DNA from: Verrucomicrobiota bacterium | Lineage (GTDB): Bacteria > Verrucomicrobiota > Verrucomicrobiia > Limisphaerales > CANJXF01 | Assembly: GCA_038214755.1 (NCBI GenBank) | Contig: JBBQRQ010000118.1 | Coordinates: forward strand, 1-14,752 | DNA length: 14,752 nt | Direction of reading: 5' to 3' | Part shown: piece by piece, positions 1 through 10,072 of the stretch | How the letters are laid out: the number at the start of each line of letters is the position of its first letter | Position numbering within the stretch: the stretch's first letter is position 1 | Made by a program: the position numbers and the translations under genes | The notes under the pieces: generated by a model | What the model was told of the DNA's origin: nothing | Database searches by the model: none | What the model saw: the letters and a program-made list of their open reading frames with translations, nothing else

Positions 1-141
1 CAGTGCTTCTGGGTCATTGCCCAACGGCCCGATCCCAAAAATCCGGTCTGGCCAGATGTCCTGGCCCATCACCGCCTCTGATCCAAAAGCCGTTTCTCAT
101 TTTGATCTAACATCTTTTCTCATTTTGAACTGTCGCCGACA
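1..141. mobile_element. Probable terminus of an IS21-like insertion sequence; the element continues left of the window
   Basis: Read from 141 on the minus strand the sequence is TGTCGGCGACAGTTCAAAATGAGAAAAGATGTTAGATCAAAATGAGAAACGG. It has a TGT terminus and a 13-bp subterminal motif repeated 23 bp apart (TTTCTCATTTTGA at 93-105 and 116-128), the layout of IS21-family ends. It abuts a truncated PIN gene. IS1202/IS481-type ends are an alternative. Confidence 0.55.
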
Positions 142-318
142 GAGCCGGTGATATTGCTTGCGCAAATTAGTCGCGATCCGACTGATGATGTTTTCATCGC
201 GACCGCGCTGGCCGCAAAGGCTTCTTACGTCATCACGCACGATCCTGATTTGCTTTCTCTGAAAAAACCGTTCGGCATCGAGATGATTCGCCCGCGAGAA
301 TTTCTTCGGAAGATTTAG
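142..318 (+). pseudogene. C-terminal remnant of a PIN-domain (PIN_3 / TIGR00305-like) putative toxin
   Basis: Not in the ORF track. Frame 1 reads EPVILLAQISRDPTDDVFIATALAAKASYVITHDPDLLSLKKPFGIEMIRPREFLRKI*, with the DPxDD..A...A..I.T.D.DLL motifs of this family. In-frame stops at 79-81 and 103-105 mean the N-terminal half is missing here. Confidence 0.8.
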
Positions 319-336
319 AATTGTCTCCAATCCGCT

Positions 337-519
<183 letters not shown>

Positions 520-584
520 GATCCTGGCGCAGTTCCCTTTTGCCTTTTCCATTTGTTGGCCGCATTTTCCTCGCAGCAAAATTT

Positions 585-2573
585 ATGAGCAGAATTGTCG
601 GGATTGATTTGGGCACAACGAATTCGCTGGTCGCGACGGTGGATTCGGGAATTCCCTTTGTCATCGCGGACGCAGAAGGGCAACGGCTCACTCCATCGGT
701 CGTGCATTTTCCGGACGCGACGAGTGCGCCGATTGTTGGACACAAAGCCAATCGCGTGCGCGTGCTCAAACCGGCGGAAACGGTTTATTCAGTGAAGCGT
801 TTTATGGGAAGGCGCGGTTCGGAAATTTCGCGAGAAGAAATGCTAGTCACCTATCCTGTCAAAGGCGAAGGCGCTGGCCCGGTCACGATTGAAATCCATG
901 GACGCTGTTACACGCCCGAGGAAATTTCCGCCGAGCTTCTGAAGAAGCTCAAGCGCGATGCGGAAAATTATTTCGGTGAACCGGTCACGCGCGCGGTCAT
1001 CACGGTGCCCGCGTATTTCAACGACGCGCAACGCAACGCCACCAAACGCGCGGGCGAACTCGCTGGCCTAACCGTCGAACGAATCGTCAACGAACCGACC
1101 GCCGCCGCGCTCGCTTACGGTTTGGACAAGTTGAAGGAAAAATCAAAGATCGCCGTTTACGATCTGGGTGGCGGCACGTTCGACCTTTCGATTCTCGAAT
1201 TGAACAACGGCGTCTTCCAGGTTTTGTCCACCAACGGCAACACGCGTTTGGGCGGCGATGATTTGGATAAGCGGCTGGTGGATTTTTTGGTGGAGAAAAT
1301 CAAGGCGGCAGGCGGGCCAAATCTAAACTCTGTAGGAGACGACGTGGGAAGTCTCACTTCAAATCCCGGAAAAAAATCAGAGACTCCTCACGTCGTCTCC
1401 TACGAACAGTTGCCGCTGCTTTCGCGCATTCGCGAAGTGGCGGAGCAAACCAAAATTCGTCTCAGCACGGAAACGGAAGTCGAAGTTGCGCTGCCCTTTC
1501 TCACAGCGGATTTCAGTTTCAGTTACAAACTGACGCGCGGCGAATTGGAAAATCTCACGCGTGACATCATCGCCCGAACGCGTCCGCATTGTCTGCGCTC
1601 GCTCTCCGACGCGAAACTCGAAGCCAAAGATTTGGATCAAATCATTTTAGTCGGCGGTCAAACGCGGATGCCGCTCGTGCGCCAGATGGTTTCGGAAATT
1701 TTCGGCTGCGCGGAGTTTGAGGAAGATCGCGGCGGGATTCGTCTCGGCGCGGATTATCACAAAACCAAAGGGCCGCAACTCAACACGTCGCAAAATCCCG
1801 ATGAAGCCGTGGCGCTAGGTGCGGCGATTCAGGCGGAAATTTTGTCAGGCGGTTTTAAAAATGTTTTATTACTCGATGTCACGCCGCTTTCGCTCGGCAT
1901 CGAAACTTTCGGCGGATTGATGAACGTGATCATTCCGCGCAACTCGACGATTCCGATCAAGGCGGGCGAGATGTTCACGACGGCGGTGGACAATCAGCCG
2001 AACATGTTGATCCACGTTTTGCAGGGCGAACGCGAACGCGCCAAGGACAACTGGAGTTTGGGAAAATTCACTCTGGAATTCGAGCGCGCCCCCAAAGGCG
2101 TACCGCGGGTCGGCGTGCAATTTGAAATTGATGCGAATGGGATTTTGCATGTGCTCGCGCGCGACATCAAAACCGGCAAGGAAAGCATCGTGCAGATGAA
2201 GTCGGCCGTGGACGTGGATGACGCCGAAGTGCAAAAAATGGTGGAGGAATCGGTGGAGTTTGCGTTCGATGATTTGAAAGCGCGCCAATGGATCGAAGCG
2301 AAAATCCGCGCGGGAGAAACCATCACCGCCACGCGCAAAACGACGGCGGAATTTGCGAAGGAACTTGAAGCGGATTACAAAAAGCAAATTGAGGAAGCGT
2401 TGGAGAATGTGGAGGCAGTGCTTTCGACTGAAGAACCAAAAACCAAAACGGGCGATCCGAAAAAATTAAAGGACGCGACAGCCGCATTGGACGAAGTGAC
2501 GAAACCATTGGCCGACCTCGCAATGGATAGAGCGATGGAAACGATGTTACGGAAAAAGGGATTGATCGAGTGA
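585..2573 (+). CDS. hscA: Hsp70-family chaperone, HscA-like (DnaK paralogue)
   Basis: Hsp70 motifs [47 protein letters not shown] and [11 protein letters not shown]. The N-terminal NSLVATV and the short C-terminus (..DDLKAR..LAMDRAM..) without an acidic DnaK tail resemble HscA. Start placed at ATG 585 ([10 protein letters not shown]) rather than 540. Hsp70 membership is certain; the subfamily is less so. Confidence 0.8.
   Translation: MSRIVGIDLGTTNSLVATVDSGIPFVIADAEGQRLTPSVVHFPDATSAPIVGHKANRVRVLKPAETVYSVKRFMGRRGSEISREEMLVTYPVKGEGAGPVTIEIHGRCYTPEEISAELLKKLKRDAENYFGEPVTRAVITVPAYFNDAQRNATKRAGELAGLTVERIVNEPTAAALAYGLDKLKEKSKIAVYDLGGGTFDLSILELNNGVFQVLSTNGNTRLGGDDLDKRLVDFLVEKIKAAGGPNLNSVGDDVGSLTSNPGKKSETPHVVSYEQLPLLSRIREVAEQTKIRLSTETEVEVALPFLTADFSFSYKLTRGELENLTRDIIARTRPHCLRSLSDAKLEAKDLDQIILVGGQTRMPLVRQMVSEIFGCAEFEEDRGGIRLGADYHKTKGPQLNTSQNPDEAVALGAAIQAEILSGGFKNVLLLDVTPLSLGIETFGGLMNVIIPRNSTIPIKAGEMFTTAVDNQPNMLIHVLQGERERAKDNWSLGKFTLEFERAPKGVPRVGVQFEIDANGILHVLARDIKTGKESIVQMKSAVDVDDAEVQKMVEESVEFAFDDLKARQWIEAKIRAGETITATRKTTAEFAKELEADYKKQIEEALENVEAVLSTEEPKTKTGDPKKLKDATAALDEVTKPLADLAMDRAMETMLRKKGLIE
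1332..1403. repeat. REP-like doublet (family A variant) lying in-frame inside the Hsp70 gene
   Basis: GTAGGAGACGACGTGGGAAGTCTC (1332-1355) and GAGACTCCTCACGTCGTCTCCTAC (1380-1403) are 22/24 complementary. The 72 bp encode 24 codons, [24 protein letters not shown]. Confidence 0.9.
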
Positions 2574-2578
2574 GCAAC

Positions 2579-2651
2579 GGGTAGCATCTGCCTCCGGCGG
2601 GTGCGAAGATGATTCAAACACAGACGCACCCGCCAGAGGCAGATGCTACCC
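2579..2651. repeat. REP-like doublet, family B; may also serve as the 3' hairpin of the Hsp70 transcript
   Basis: GGGTAGCATCTGCCTCCGGCGGGTGCG (2579-2605) and an inverted copy (2625-2651), 5 bp after the stop codon. Confidence 0.92.
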
Positions 2652-2789
2652 ATTTGTAATATAATGCGCAGCGATATCGCCTGCCGTCACGGCCAGTATT
2701 TCCGCACGACAACCGTCTTACAGCACAGTTTCTTGAAAAAGGTTTTCCAGGTGTAGATCGAGGCCGGCGCTCCATTTACGGTTTAGGGG

Positions 2790-2817
2790 TTGAATCCCAA
2801 AACACCGTTCGTATGAT
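2790..2817 (+). promoter_or_regulatory. Candidate sigma-70 promoter for cstA
   Basis: TTGAAT (2790-2795), 16-bp spacer, TATGAT (2812-2817), 12 nt before ATG 2830. Confidence 0.5.
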
Positions 2818-2829
2818 TCGCCGAGCCTG

Positions 2830-5193
<2,364 letters not shown>

Positions 5194-5203
5194 GTTCTGG
5201 AAC

Positions 5204-5361
5204 GTAGCGCAGGTTTGCAACCTGCCGTATCGCCGGTTTGCAACCGGCAGAAGCTGATAAGAATCAAGAGCGGCTCGCGCAAAATCGAGCCACGCAGGTG
5301 GAAAACCTGCGATACAGCAGGATGAAATCCTGCGCTACAATCGGGTGGAATCCTGCGCTAC
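5204..5361. repeat. REP-like doublet, family C, with an extra partial right arm
   Basis: GTAGCGCAGGTTTGCAACCTGC...TATCGC on the left and GCGATACAGCAGGATGAAATCCTGCGCTAC ending at 5338. A further AATCCTGCGCTAC ends at 5361. Several internal hairpins are present. Confidence 0.85.
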
Positions 5362-5401
5362 GACGCGACGCGGCTGGCGACCAACAAAAAAAATTTTAAA
5401 A

Positions 5402-5977
5402 ATGGAACGCATTGGTTTACTCGGCGGTTCGTTCGATCCGGTTCATCTCGGACATTTGCTGGTGGCGCAGGCGGCGCTGGAAGAATCGCACCTCGACCGA
5501 ATTTTTTTTATTCCCGCCGCGCAATCTCCCTTCAAACCTGAGGCAAAACCGACGCCGGCGGCGGAGCGATTAAAAATGTTGCGGCTGGCTCTCGCGGGAA
5601 ATTCGCGCGCAGAAGTCGATGAACAGGAAATCAAGCGCGGCGGAACTTCCTACTCCATCGACACGGCGCGCGATTATCAACGCCGTTTTCCGGAGGCAAA
5701 ATTATTTTATCTCATCGGCGCAGATAATGTTTTGCTCTTGCCGAAATGGCGCGAGGCCCATGAACTCGCCCGGCTCCTGGAGTTTTTGATTATTCCGCGC
5801 CCGGGCGAACCGGAAGTGGAAATCCCCTCGCCCTTTCGCGGAAAATTTCTGTCTGGATTTCCTCTCGGGATTTCTTCGTCGCAAATTCGCGGCCGCGTCG
5901 CGGCGGGTTTGTCCATCGAACATCTCGTCCCCGTCGCCGTCGCCGAAGTGATTCACAACAATCGACTTTATCTTTGA
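5402..5977 (+). CDS. nadD: Nicotinate-nucleotide adenylyltransferase
   Basis: IGLLGGSFDPVHLGH (HxGH), SPFK, YLIGAD and ISSSQIR motifs. It sits directly upstream of rsfS, a widely conserved pairing. Start at ATG 5402; the 5345 start lies within a repeat. Confidence 0.95.
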   Translation: MERIGLLGGSFDPVHLGHLLVAQAALEESHLDRIFFIPAAQSPFKPEAKPTPAAERLKMLRLALAGNSRAEVDEQEIKRGGTSYSIDTARDYQRRFPEAKLFYLIGADNVLLLPKWREAHELARLLEFLIIPRPGEPEVEIPSPFRGKFLSGFPLGISSSQIRGRVAAGLSIEHLVPVAVAEVIHNNRLYL

Positions 5978-6001
5978 ATTCTCTGGGTTATTTTTCCCCC
6001 A

Positions 6002-6385
6002 ATGGATGCAAAGAAATTGGCGTTGCTCTGCCGGGATTTGGCCGAAAATAAAAAAGCAGAAAACGTGGTCATCCTCGATGTCTCCAAGATTTCTTCCATC
6101 ACCGATTACTTTGTCATCGCCACCGGGTCGAGCCAGCCGCATTTGCGCGCGATCATGAACGAGATCACCGACACGCTCCGTGAAGAGTATAATTTGCGCC
6201 CTCGCGCCATCGACGGCGAGTTGCAAACGGCGTGGCAGGTTCTGGATTTTTTCGATGTGATCGTTCACGTGATGCGCGCCGATGTGCGGGAAAAATATGA
6301 CTTGGAATCTTTGTGGGGTGATGCGCCGACGCTAAAACCGGGAGGGATAGCAAAACCAAAAACGCGCGGAAAAAAAGTGAAATGA
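6002..6385 (+). CDS. rsfS: Ribosome silencing factor RsfS (Iojap)
   Basis: KKAENVVILDV..ITDYFVIATG, W.VLDF.DVIVHVM..R..YDLESLWGDA. Confidence 0.96.
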   Translation: MDAKKLALLCRDLAENKKAENVVILDVSKISSITDYFVIATGSSQPHLRAIMNEITDTLREEYNLRPRAIDGELQTAWQVLDFFDVIVHVMRADVREKYDLESLWGDAPTLKPGGIAKPKTRGKKVK

Positions 6386-6706
6386 TCAGGCGCCTTCTTT
6401 GGGCGGAAGCTCTTTGCTCGTTATCACCATTTCATCGAGAATCTTCTTAAAGTCCTCAAGCCCAGTGGCGGGGATTATCACGTTGTCACGGCGGCCGTTG
6501 ACGTCTTCGGTGATCCGCAAAAAGCGTCCGCGCGGATTTTCTTTCAAAGTAAAAATAAAAGTTTTGCGCTCGATTTGGACCCGGTCCGTTTTCAAGGTGT
6601 CCTCGGCGACGAACGGTTTCGGCGGGCCGGAATTATAGCCCGAGTTGAAGCCCGAACCGTAACCGCGATTGCCGCCATAAGGAGATGGACGCTCGTTGGA
6701 AATCAT
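6386..6706 (-). CDS. PUR-domain (Pur-alpha / DUF3276-like) ssDNA/RNA-binding protein
   Basis: One PUR repeat, ERKTFIFTLKENPRGRFLRITEDVNGRRDNVIIP..GLEDF, after a G/S/Y/N-rich low-complexity N-terminus. Confidence 0.85.
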   Translation of the reverse strand: MISNERPSPYGGNRGYGSGFNSGYNSGPPKPFVAEDTLKTDRVQIERKTFIFTLKENPRGRFLRITEDVNGRRDNVIIPATGLEDFKKILDEMVITSKELPPKEGA

Positions 6707-6784
6707 AACTGTGTTTGGATGCGACCCCGATTGGCCGACCGTTTAAAATTTCTTTTATACTGGTTCGCCAGCGAGGTTGTTTTG

Positions 6785-7309
6785 TCAACCCCGGAACTTT
6801 TGTTTGCTGATGAATCGCGAGGAGTTCGATGAAACGGACAGCCGCCAGAAATAAACCACCAATCCGCCTATCATGAAAAGATTCAACGTCTGAGAAACAC
6901 CGTGCCAGATTTTGAAGGATTGCTCGGCATCGGACCGCAGTGCGATTGAAGATCGCGCGTCATATTTTTTTAAATGCAATTGTTTCAATTTTGGCTGCAA
7001 CCAGAAGCCGCCCAGCAGCGCGAGGGAGATGGCTAATGCGAGCGTGAGCAGCGTGAGTCGCTCAAATTGTTTTCCGAGATAAAGTTTTTCCAGAATCAAA
7101 TGGAGCAGCGCAATCCCACCGCAGCAATGTAACAAAATAAAATATCGCTGAATGACAATTTCCGCGGCGACGCCATTGTGGAACGCGGGCAAAAGCGCTT
7201 TCATCTCGCTGGAAAAAAACGCAGGACCCAACGCAAAGGTAAATGAAATCGCCGCGCCTAACCAAACGGCCGCGTTCAACAAACCCAGAAACCTTAAAAC
7301 ACCGATCAC
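6785..7309 (-). CDS. DUF4149 / TMEM205-like membrane protein
   Basis: About four hydrophobic segments, AVWLG..F..GPAFF near the N-terminus and F..WHGVSQ.LN near the C-terminus. Start reassigned to GTG 7309 because the longer ORF runs into repeat DNA. Confidence 0.75.
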   Translation of the reverse strand: MIGVLRFLGLLNAAVWLGAAISFTFALGPAFFSSEMKALLPAFHNGVAAEIVIQRYFILLHCCGGIALLHLILEKLYLGKQFERLTLLTLALAISLALLGGFWLQPKLKQLHLKKYDARSSIALRSDAEQSFKIWHGVSQTLNLFMIGGLVVYFWRLSVSSNSSRFISKQKFRG

Positions 7310-7315
7310 GCGCCC

Positions 7316-7343
7316 ATTGTAAAAAAACTTTTTGCTCTGCCAA
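7316..7343 (-). promoter_or_regulatory. Candidate sigma-70 promoter giving a leaderless transcript of the DUF4149-like gene
   Basis: Minus strand TTGGCA, 16-bp spacer, TACAAT, 6 nt, then GTG. Confidence 0.5.
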
Positions 7344-7429
7344 GTCTGGATTCGGGCGCGGAGAATCAGCGCGCGCATTTTAGTCCAAAAACCGAAACTC
7401 CCGAAGTAGCGGCGGCGAAGCCGCCGGGG

Positions 7430-7587
7430 GGGCGCATCTTGACACCACCACCAATCCAATCAGATGTAGTGGGGCAGGCTTCCAGCCTGTCTGAGCGGGC
7501 ATCTTGCCCGCGAACCTGGGGCTGGAAGCCCCGATGGCAGACAAGATGTCTGCCCCACTACTTTGGTGGTGGTGTCAAGATGCGCCC
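7430..7587. mobile_element. 158-bp MITE-like element carrying an internal REP-like doublet (family D)
   Basis: Perfect 25-bp terminal inverted repeats GGGCGCATCTTGACACCACCACCAA (7430-7454 and 7563-7587). GCCGCCGGG is directly repeated at 7420-7428 and 7588-7596. The inner pair is GTAGTGGGGCAG (7466-7477) and CTGCCCCACTAC (7550-7561). Confidence 0.75.
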
Positions 7588-7594
7588 GCCGCCG

Positions 7595-7749
7595 GGTAGC
7601 ACAGGCGACCCGCCTGGGCCGAGCGGCGACTCGCCGCTCGGAATGGGAGGAGCACACAAACTTTTCTGTAAATCTCCTTCCGGCGCTGATGTCCTCGCCG
7701 TTCCGTCCGGCCGGTGGCCGGACGGCACGGGCGGGTCGTCCGTGCTACC
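7595..7749. repeat. REP-like doublet, family E
   Basis: GGTAGCACAGGCGACCCGCCTGGGCC on the left and GGCACGGGCGGGTCGTCCGTGCTACC on the right, each arm with a second inner hairpin. Confidence 0.8.
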
Positions 7750-7771
7750 TTCAAACTCGCGGGTTCTTTAA

Positions 7772-8758
7772 TCAGCGGGGGAAATTGGTTGCCATTTGCG
7801 GGCTGGGTGGGAGCGGAGGGAACTTCAGCCCCGGCGGCAACGGGGGCATTTGCGGCAGCTTGTTGACTAGTTCGCGCCACGCCTTCCTGTCGGTGGACGA
7901 CATGTTTTGCCACATTTCTGCCTTCTTTAAAAACTCGTTGCGTTCCGGCAGGCTCATACTGGCGAATTTGCTGAAGGACCTGATGCAATGACGCCGCTGC
8001 TCAGGCTGCAACTGCTGAAATTTTTGCAGCGTCCTTTCCATTTGCGCGCGCTCCTGCTCCGATAAAGCGCCCAACGTTTTTTGTTTCTCTTTCGGATTCA
8101 ACTCGAAAAATTCCTGAAACCGATTGCACATTCGTTCGCGTTGTTCGGCGGGCAACAAACGCCATCCCTCCAATTCCTTTTCCACTTTTTGGCGGCGCGC
8201 TGGAGGCAAGTCCTGCAACAGATTGGTTTTCTGTTCGGGGGCGCTGGACTGCAAGCGCAGAAAATAATGGACCGTCATTTCGTTATCCAAAAATTCTTTT
8301 TGCTGGCTGGCGGAAAGAGCGTCCCAGCGTTGGAGACGATCTTCCACCAGCGGTCGTTTTTCGGCGGGAATTTCATTCAATCGTTCGGCGCGATCCGCCT
8401 GAGGCGCTTTCATCAGCGGCATCAAATACCAACGCAACTCGGTGACCGCCAGCCGCAGTTCCCGCTCCTCGGCGCTCATTGATTCGTATTCTTTGAATTT
8501 GGCCAACAAAATTTTTCTTTGTTCGGGGACGCGTTCGGCCAACGCGCGTTCACGATCAGCCGGCGCCAGAGCCAACAATTCTCGAAAATATTCAATGGGC
8601 GCTTTGAACACCGGCAGTGGCGGCGGCAGCGATGCGGGAGTCGGCGGCAATTTTTCTTTTTCTTGCGCGTTTAAAAACAAAGGGGCAGCGACAGGCGCGA
8701 TGAAGATTCCGCAGAGAACGCACGCGCCGAAATTAGAAATGGCCCGTCGAAAATTCAT
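7772..8758 (-). CDS. DUF3106-like helical-repeat exported/membrane-anchored protein, third gene of the ECF cluster
   Basis: N-terminal hydrophobic segment, repeated W/F-xx-L/M-S/P-xE-Q/E-R units and Pro-rich ends. It starts 3 bp after the upstream stop codon. Confidence 0.7.
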   Translation of the reverse strand: MNFRRAISNFGACVLCGIFIAPVAAPLFLNAQEKEKLPPTPASLPPPLPVFKAPIEYFRELLALAPADRERALAERVPEQRKILLAKFKEYESMSAEERELRLAVTELRWYLMPLMKAPQADRAERLNEIPAEKRPLVEDRLQRWDALSASQQKEFLDNEMTVHYFLRLQSSAPEQKTNLLQDLPPARRQKVEKELEGWRLLPAEQRERMCNRFQEFFELNPKEKQKTLGALSEQERAQMERTLQKFQQLQPEQRRHCIRSFSKFASMSLPERNEFLKKAEMWQNMSSTDRKAWRELVNKLPQMPPLPPGLKFPPLPPSPQMATNFPR

Positions 8759-8761
8759 GGA

Positions 8762-9244
8762 CTATTTCAGAGCGGCGAGAAGTTCATCGTCCACCGGTGG
8801 CTGGCTCAAATGGTTGATCGCCTCAAAATCCTGGAGCCATTCCGGCGGCAACGTGGCGGCTTGAGAGACGGCGGCGATGTCGCGCGCGATCTCCTTTCGT
8901 TGCACCGAACGATATTGATGAACGGAGAAAATTACCCCGCCGACAAAAGCGCTGGCGATGGCAATGCGCGGAAGCCAATTGAATTTGGGTCGATGGAAAA
9001 ATCGTTCGCGTTGCGCGAGGGCGGTCTCGCGTTCAACCACCTGCAAAACTCCTGCTGTAAAATTGGTCGAAACGGGTGTTTTCGGCAATTTGCCCAACAG
9101 TTGACTCAAACCCGATTCTTCCTCCCACTGAGTCCTCGCTTCGGGGTTGCTCGAAAGATGATCCGACAAAAGAATCTCTTCTCGCTCCGTCAACTTTCGC
9201 CGCCAGCTTTGCTCGATCAAATTGGTGAATTCAATTTCGTTCAT
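8762..9244 (-). CDS. Putative single-pass anti-sigma factor
   Basis: Follows the ECF sigma gene. It has a soluble N-terminal domain (L..LP..PVS.NFTA.VL), one TM segment (WLPRIAIASAFVGGVIFSV) and a short C-terminal part. Start at ATG 9244 behind GGGAG. Confidence 0.7.
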   Translation of the reverse strand: MNEIEFTNLIEQSWRRKLTEREEILLSDHLSSNPEARTQWEEESGLSQLLGKLPKTPVSTNFTAGVLQVVERETALAQRERFFHRPKFNWLPRIAIASAFVGGVIFSVHQYRSVQRKEIARDIAAVSQAATLPPEWLQDFEAINHLSQPPVDDELLAALK

Positions 9245-9253
9245 AGGCTCCCT

Positions 9254-9285
9254 TTTGTTTAAAACCATTCCATCGGCAAAGTTGC
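9254..9285 (-). promoter_or_regulatory. Candidate ECF-sigma promoter upstream of the anti-sigma gene
   Basis: Minus strand GCAACTTTGCCGATGGAATGGTTTTAAACAAA, 25/32 identical to the motif upstream of the sigma gene. Confidence 0.55.
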
Positions 9286-9317
9286 TTTTAATTTTGTCAC
9301 GATTCGAAACTGGCAGC

Positions 9318-9392
9318 GCGCGGCGGTGTCGTCCTCGACCAGCCGCAGCGTGTCGCATCTGCTGCGGCTGATCTTCGATACAGCCGCGCTCC
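9318..9392. repeat. REP-like doublet, family F, between the sigma and anti-sigma genes
   Basis: GCGCGGCGGTGTCG..GACCAGCCGCAGC (9318-9349) is inverted against GCTGCGGCTGATCTTCGATACAGCCGCGCTCC (9361-9392). Confidence 0.7.
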
Positions 9393-9412
9393 GTTCAATT
9401 TGGATACTGCTT

Positions 9413-10024
9413 TTAATTTTCGCTCTCTTTCCACACGCCGCTGCGCAAGTAAGGCTTGAGTTTTTCCTTCAACGTTTCGCGCCCGCGATGGATCAAAGAT
9501 TTTGTGGCCGAGAGAGAACAGCCGAGCACTTCCGAAATATCTTCGTAAGACAATTCCTCCTCGCGACAGAGCAAAATGGCGGTGCGCTGATTTTCGGGCA
9601 ACCCACTTAACGCGTCCTGAATTTTTTGCTCCAATTCGTTATGCAAAACTTTATCGGACGGAGAAAAAGTTTTGATATCCTCAAATTGCCGGGCGGGATG
9701 AGCTTCGCTATCGGATTGCGAATCATCCAATGAATCGGCTGGGTGACGGGAGCGCCGGCGGATTTCGTTCAGGCAAAGATTTCGGGCGATGGTGAAAAGC
9801 CAGGTGGAAAATTTCGCGGTCGCTTGATAGCGGTGGGCGGATTTGAAAACTTGCACGAAAACATTTTGCGCGAGGTCCTCGGCCTCGGTTGGATCGCGCA
9901 GACTCCGGGAAATCACGTTAGTCACCGGCTGTTTGTATTTTTCCACCAGTTCCTCGAAGGCGCGCACGTCGCCTCCCTTGACGCGCAGCATCAAGGCAGC
10001 ATCCGGTTCGAGATTGGTCGCCAT
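9413..10024 (-). CDS. ECF-family RNA polymerase sigma-70 factor
   Basis: Region 2 (AEDLAQNVF..FSTWLFTIARNLCLNE) and region 4 (LPENQR..LSYEDISEVLG.S.SATKSLIHRGR) in 203 aa. Confidence 0.96.
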   Translation of the reverse strand: MATNLEPDAALMLRVKGGDVRAFEELVEKYKQPVTNVISRSLRDPTEAEDLAQNVFVQVFKSAHRYQATAKFSTWLFTIARNLCLNEIRRRSRHPADSLDDSQSDSEAHPARQFEDIKTFSPSDKVLHNELEQKIQDALSGLPENQRTAILLCREEELSYEDISEVLGCSLSATKSLIHRGRETLKEKLKPYLRSGVWKESEN

Positions 10025-10034
10025 TCGGGATTAC

Positions 10035-10066
10035 TTTATTGAAAACCAATTCTTCGACAAGGTTGC
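10035..10066 (-). promoter_or_regulatory. Candidate autoregulated ECF promoter of the sigma gene
   Basis: Minus strand GCAACCTTGTCGAAGAATTGGTTTTCAATAAA. It contains an AAC -35 core, which is typical of ECF promoters. Confidence 0.55.
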
Positions 10067-10072
10067 GCGACG

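Noticed and set aside
97..330. 77-aa minus-strand ORF
   Set aside because: It is antisense to the clearly recognisable PIN remnant and ends within the putative IS terminus.
7439..7991. Overlapping small ORFs between the DUF4149-like and DUF3106-like genes
   Set aside because: They run through GC-rich palindromic repeats or overlap a real gene, and show no protein motifs.
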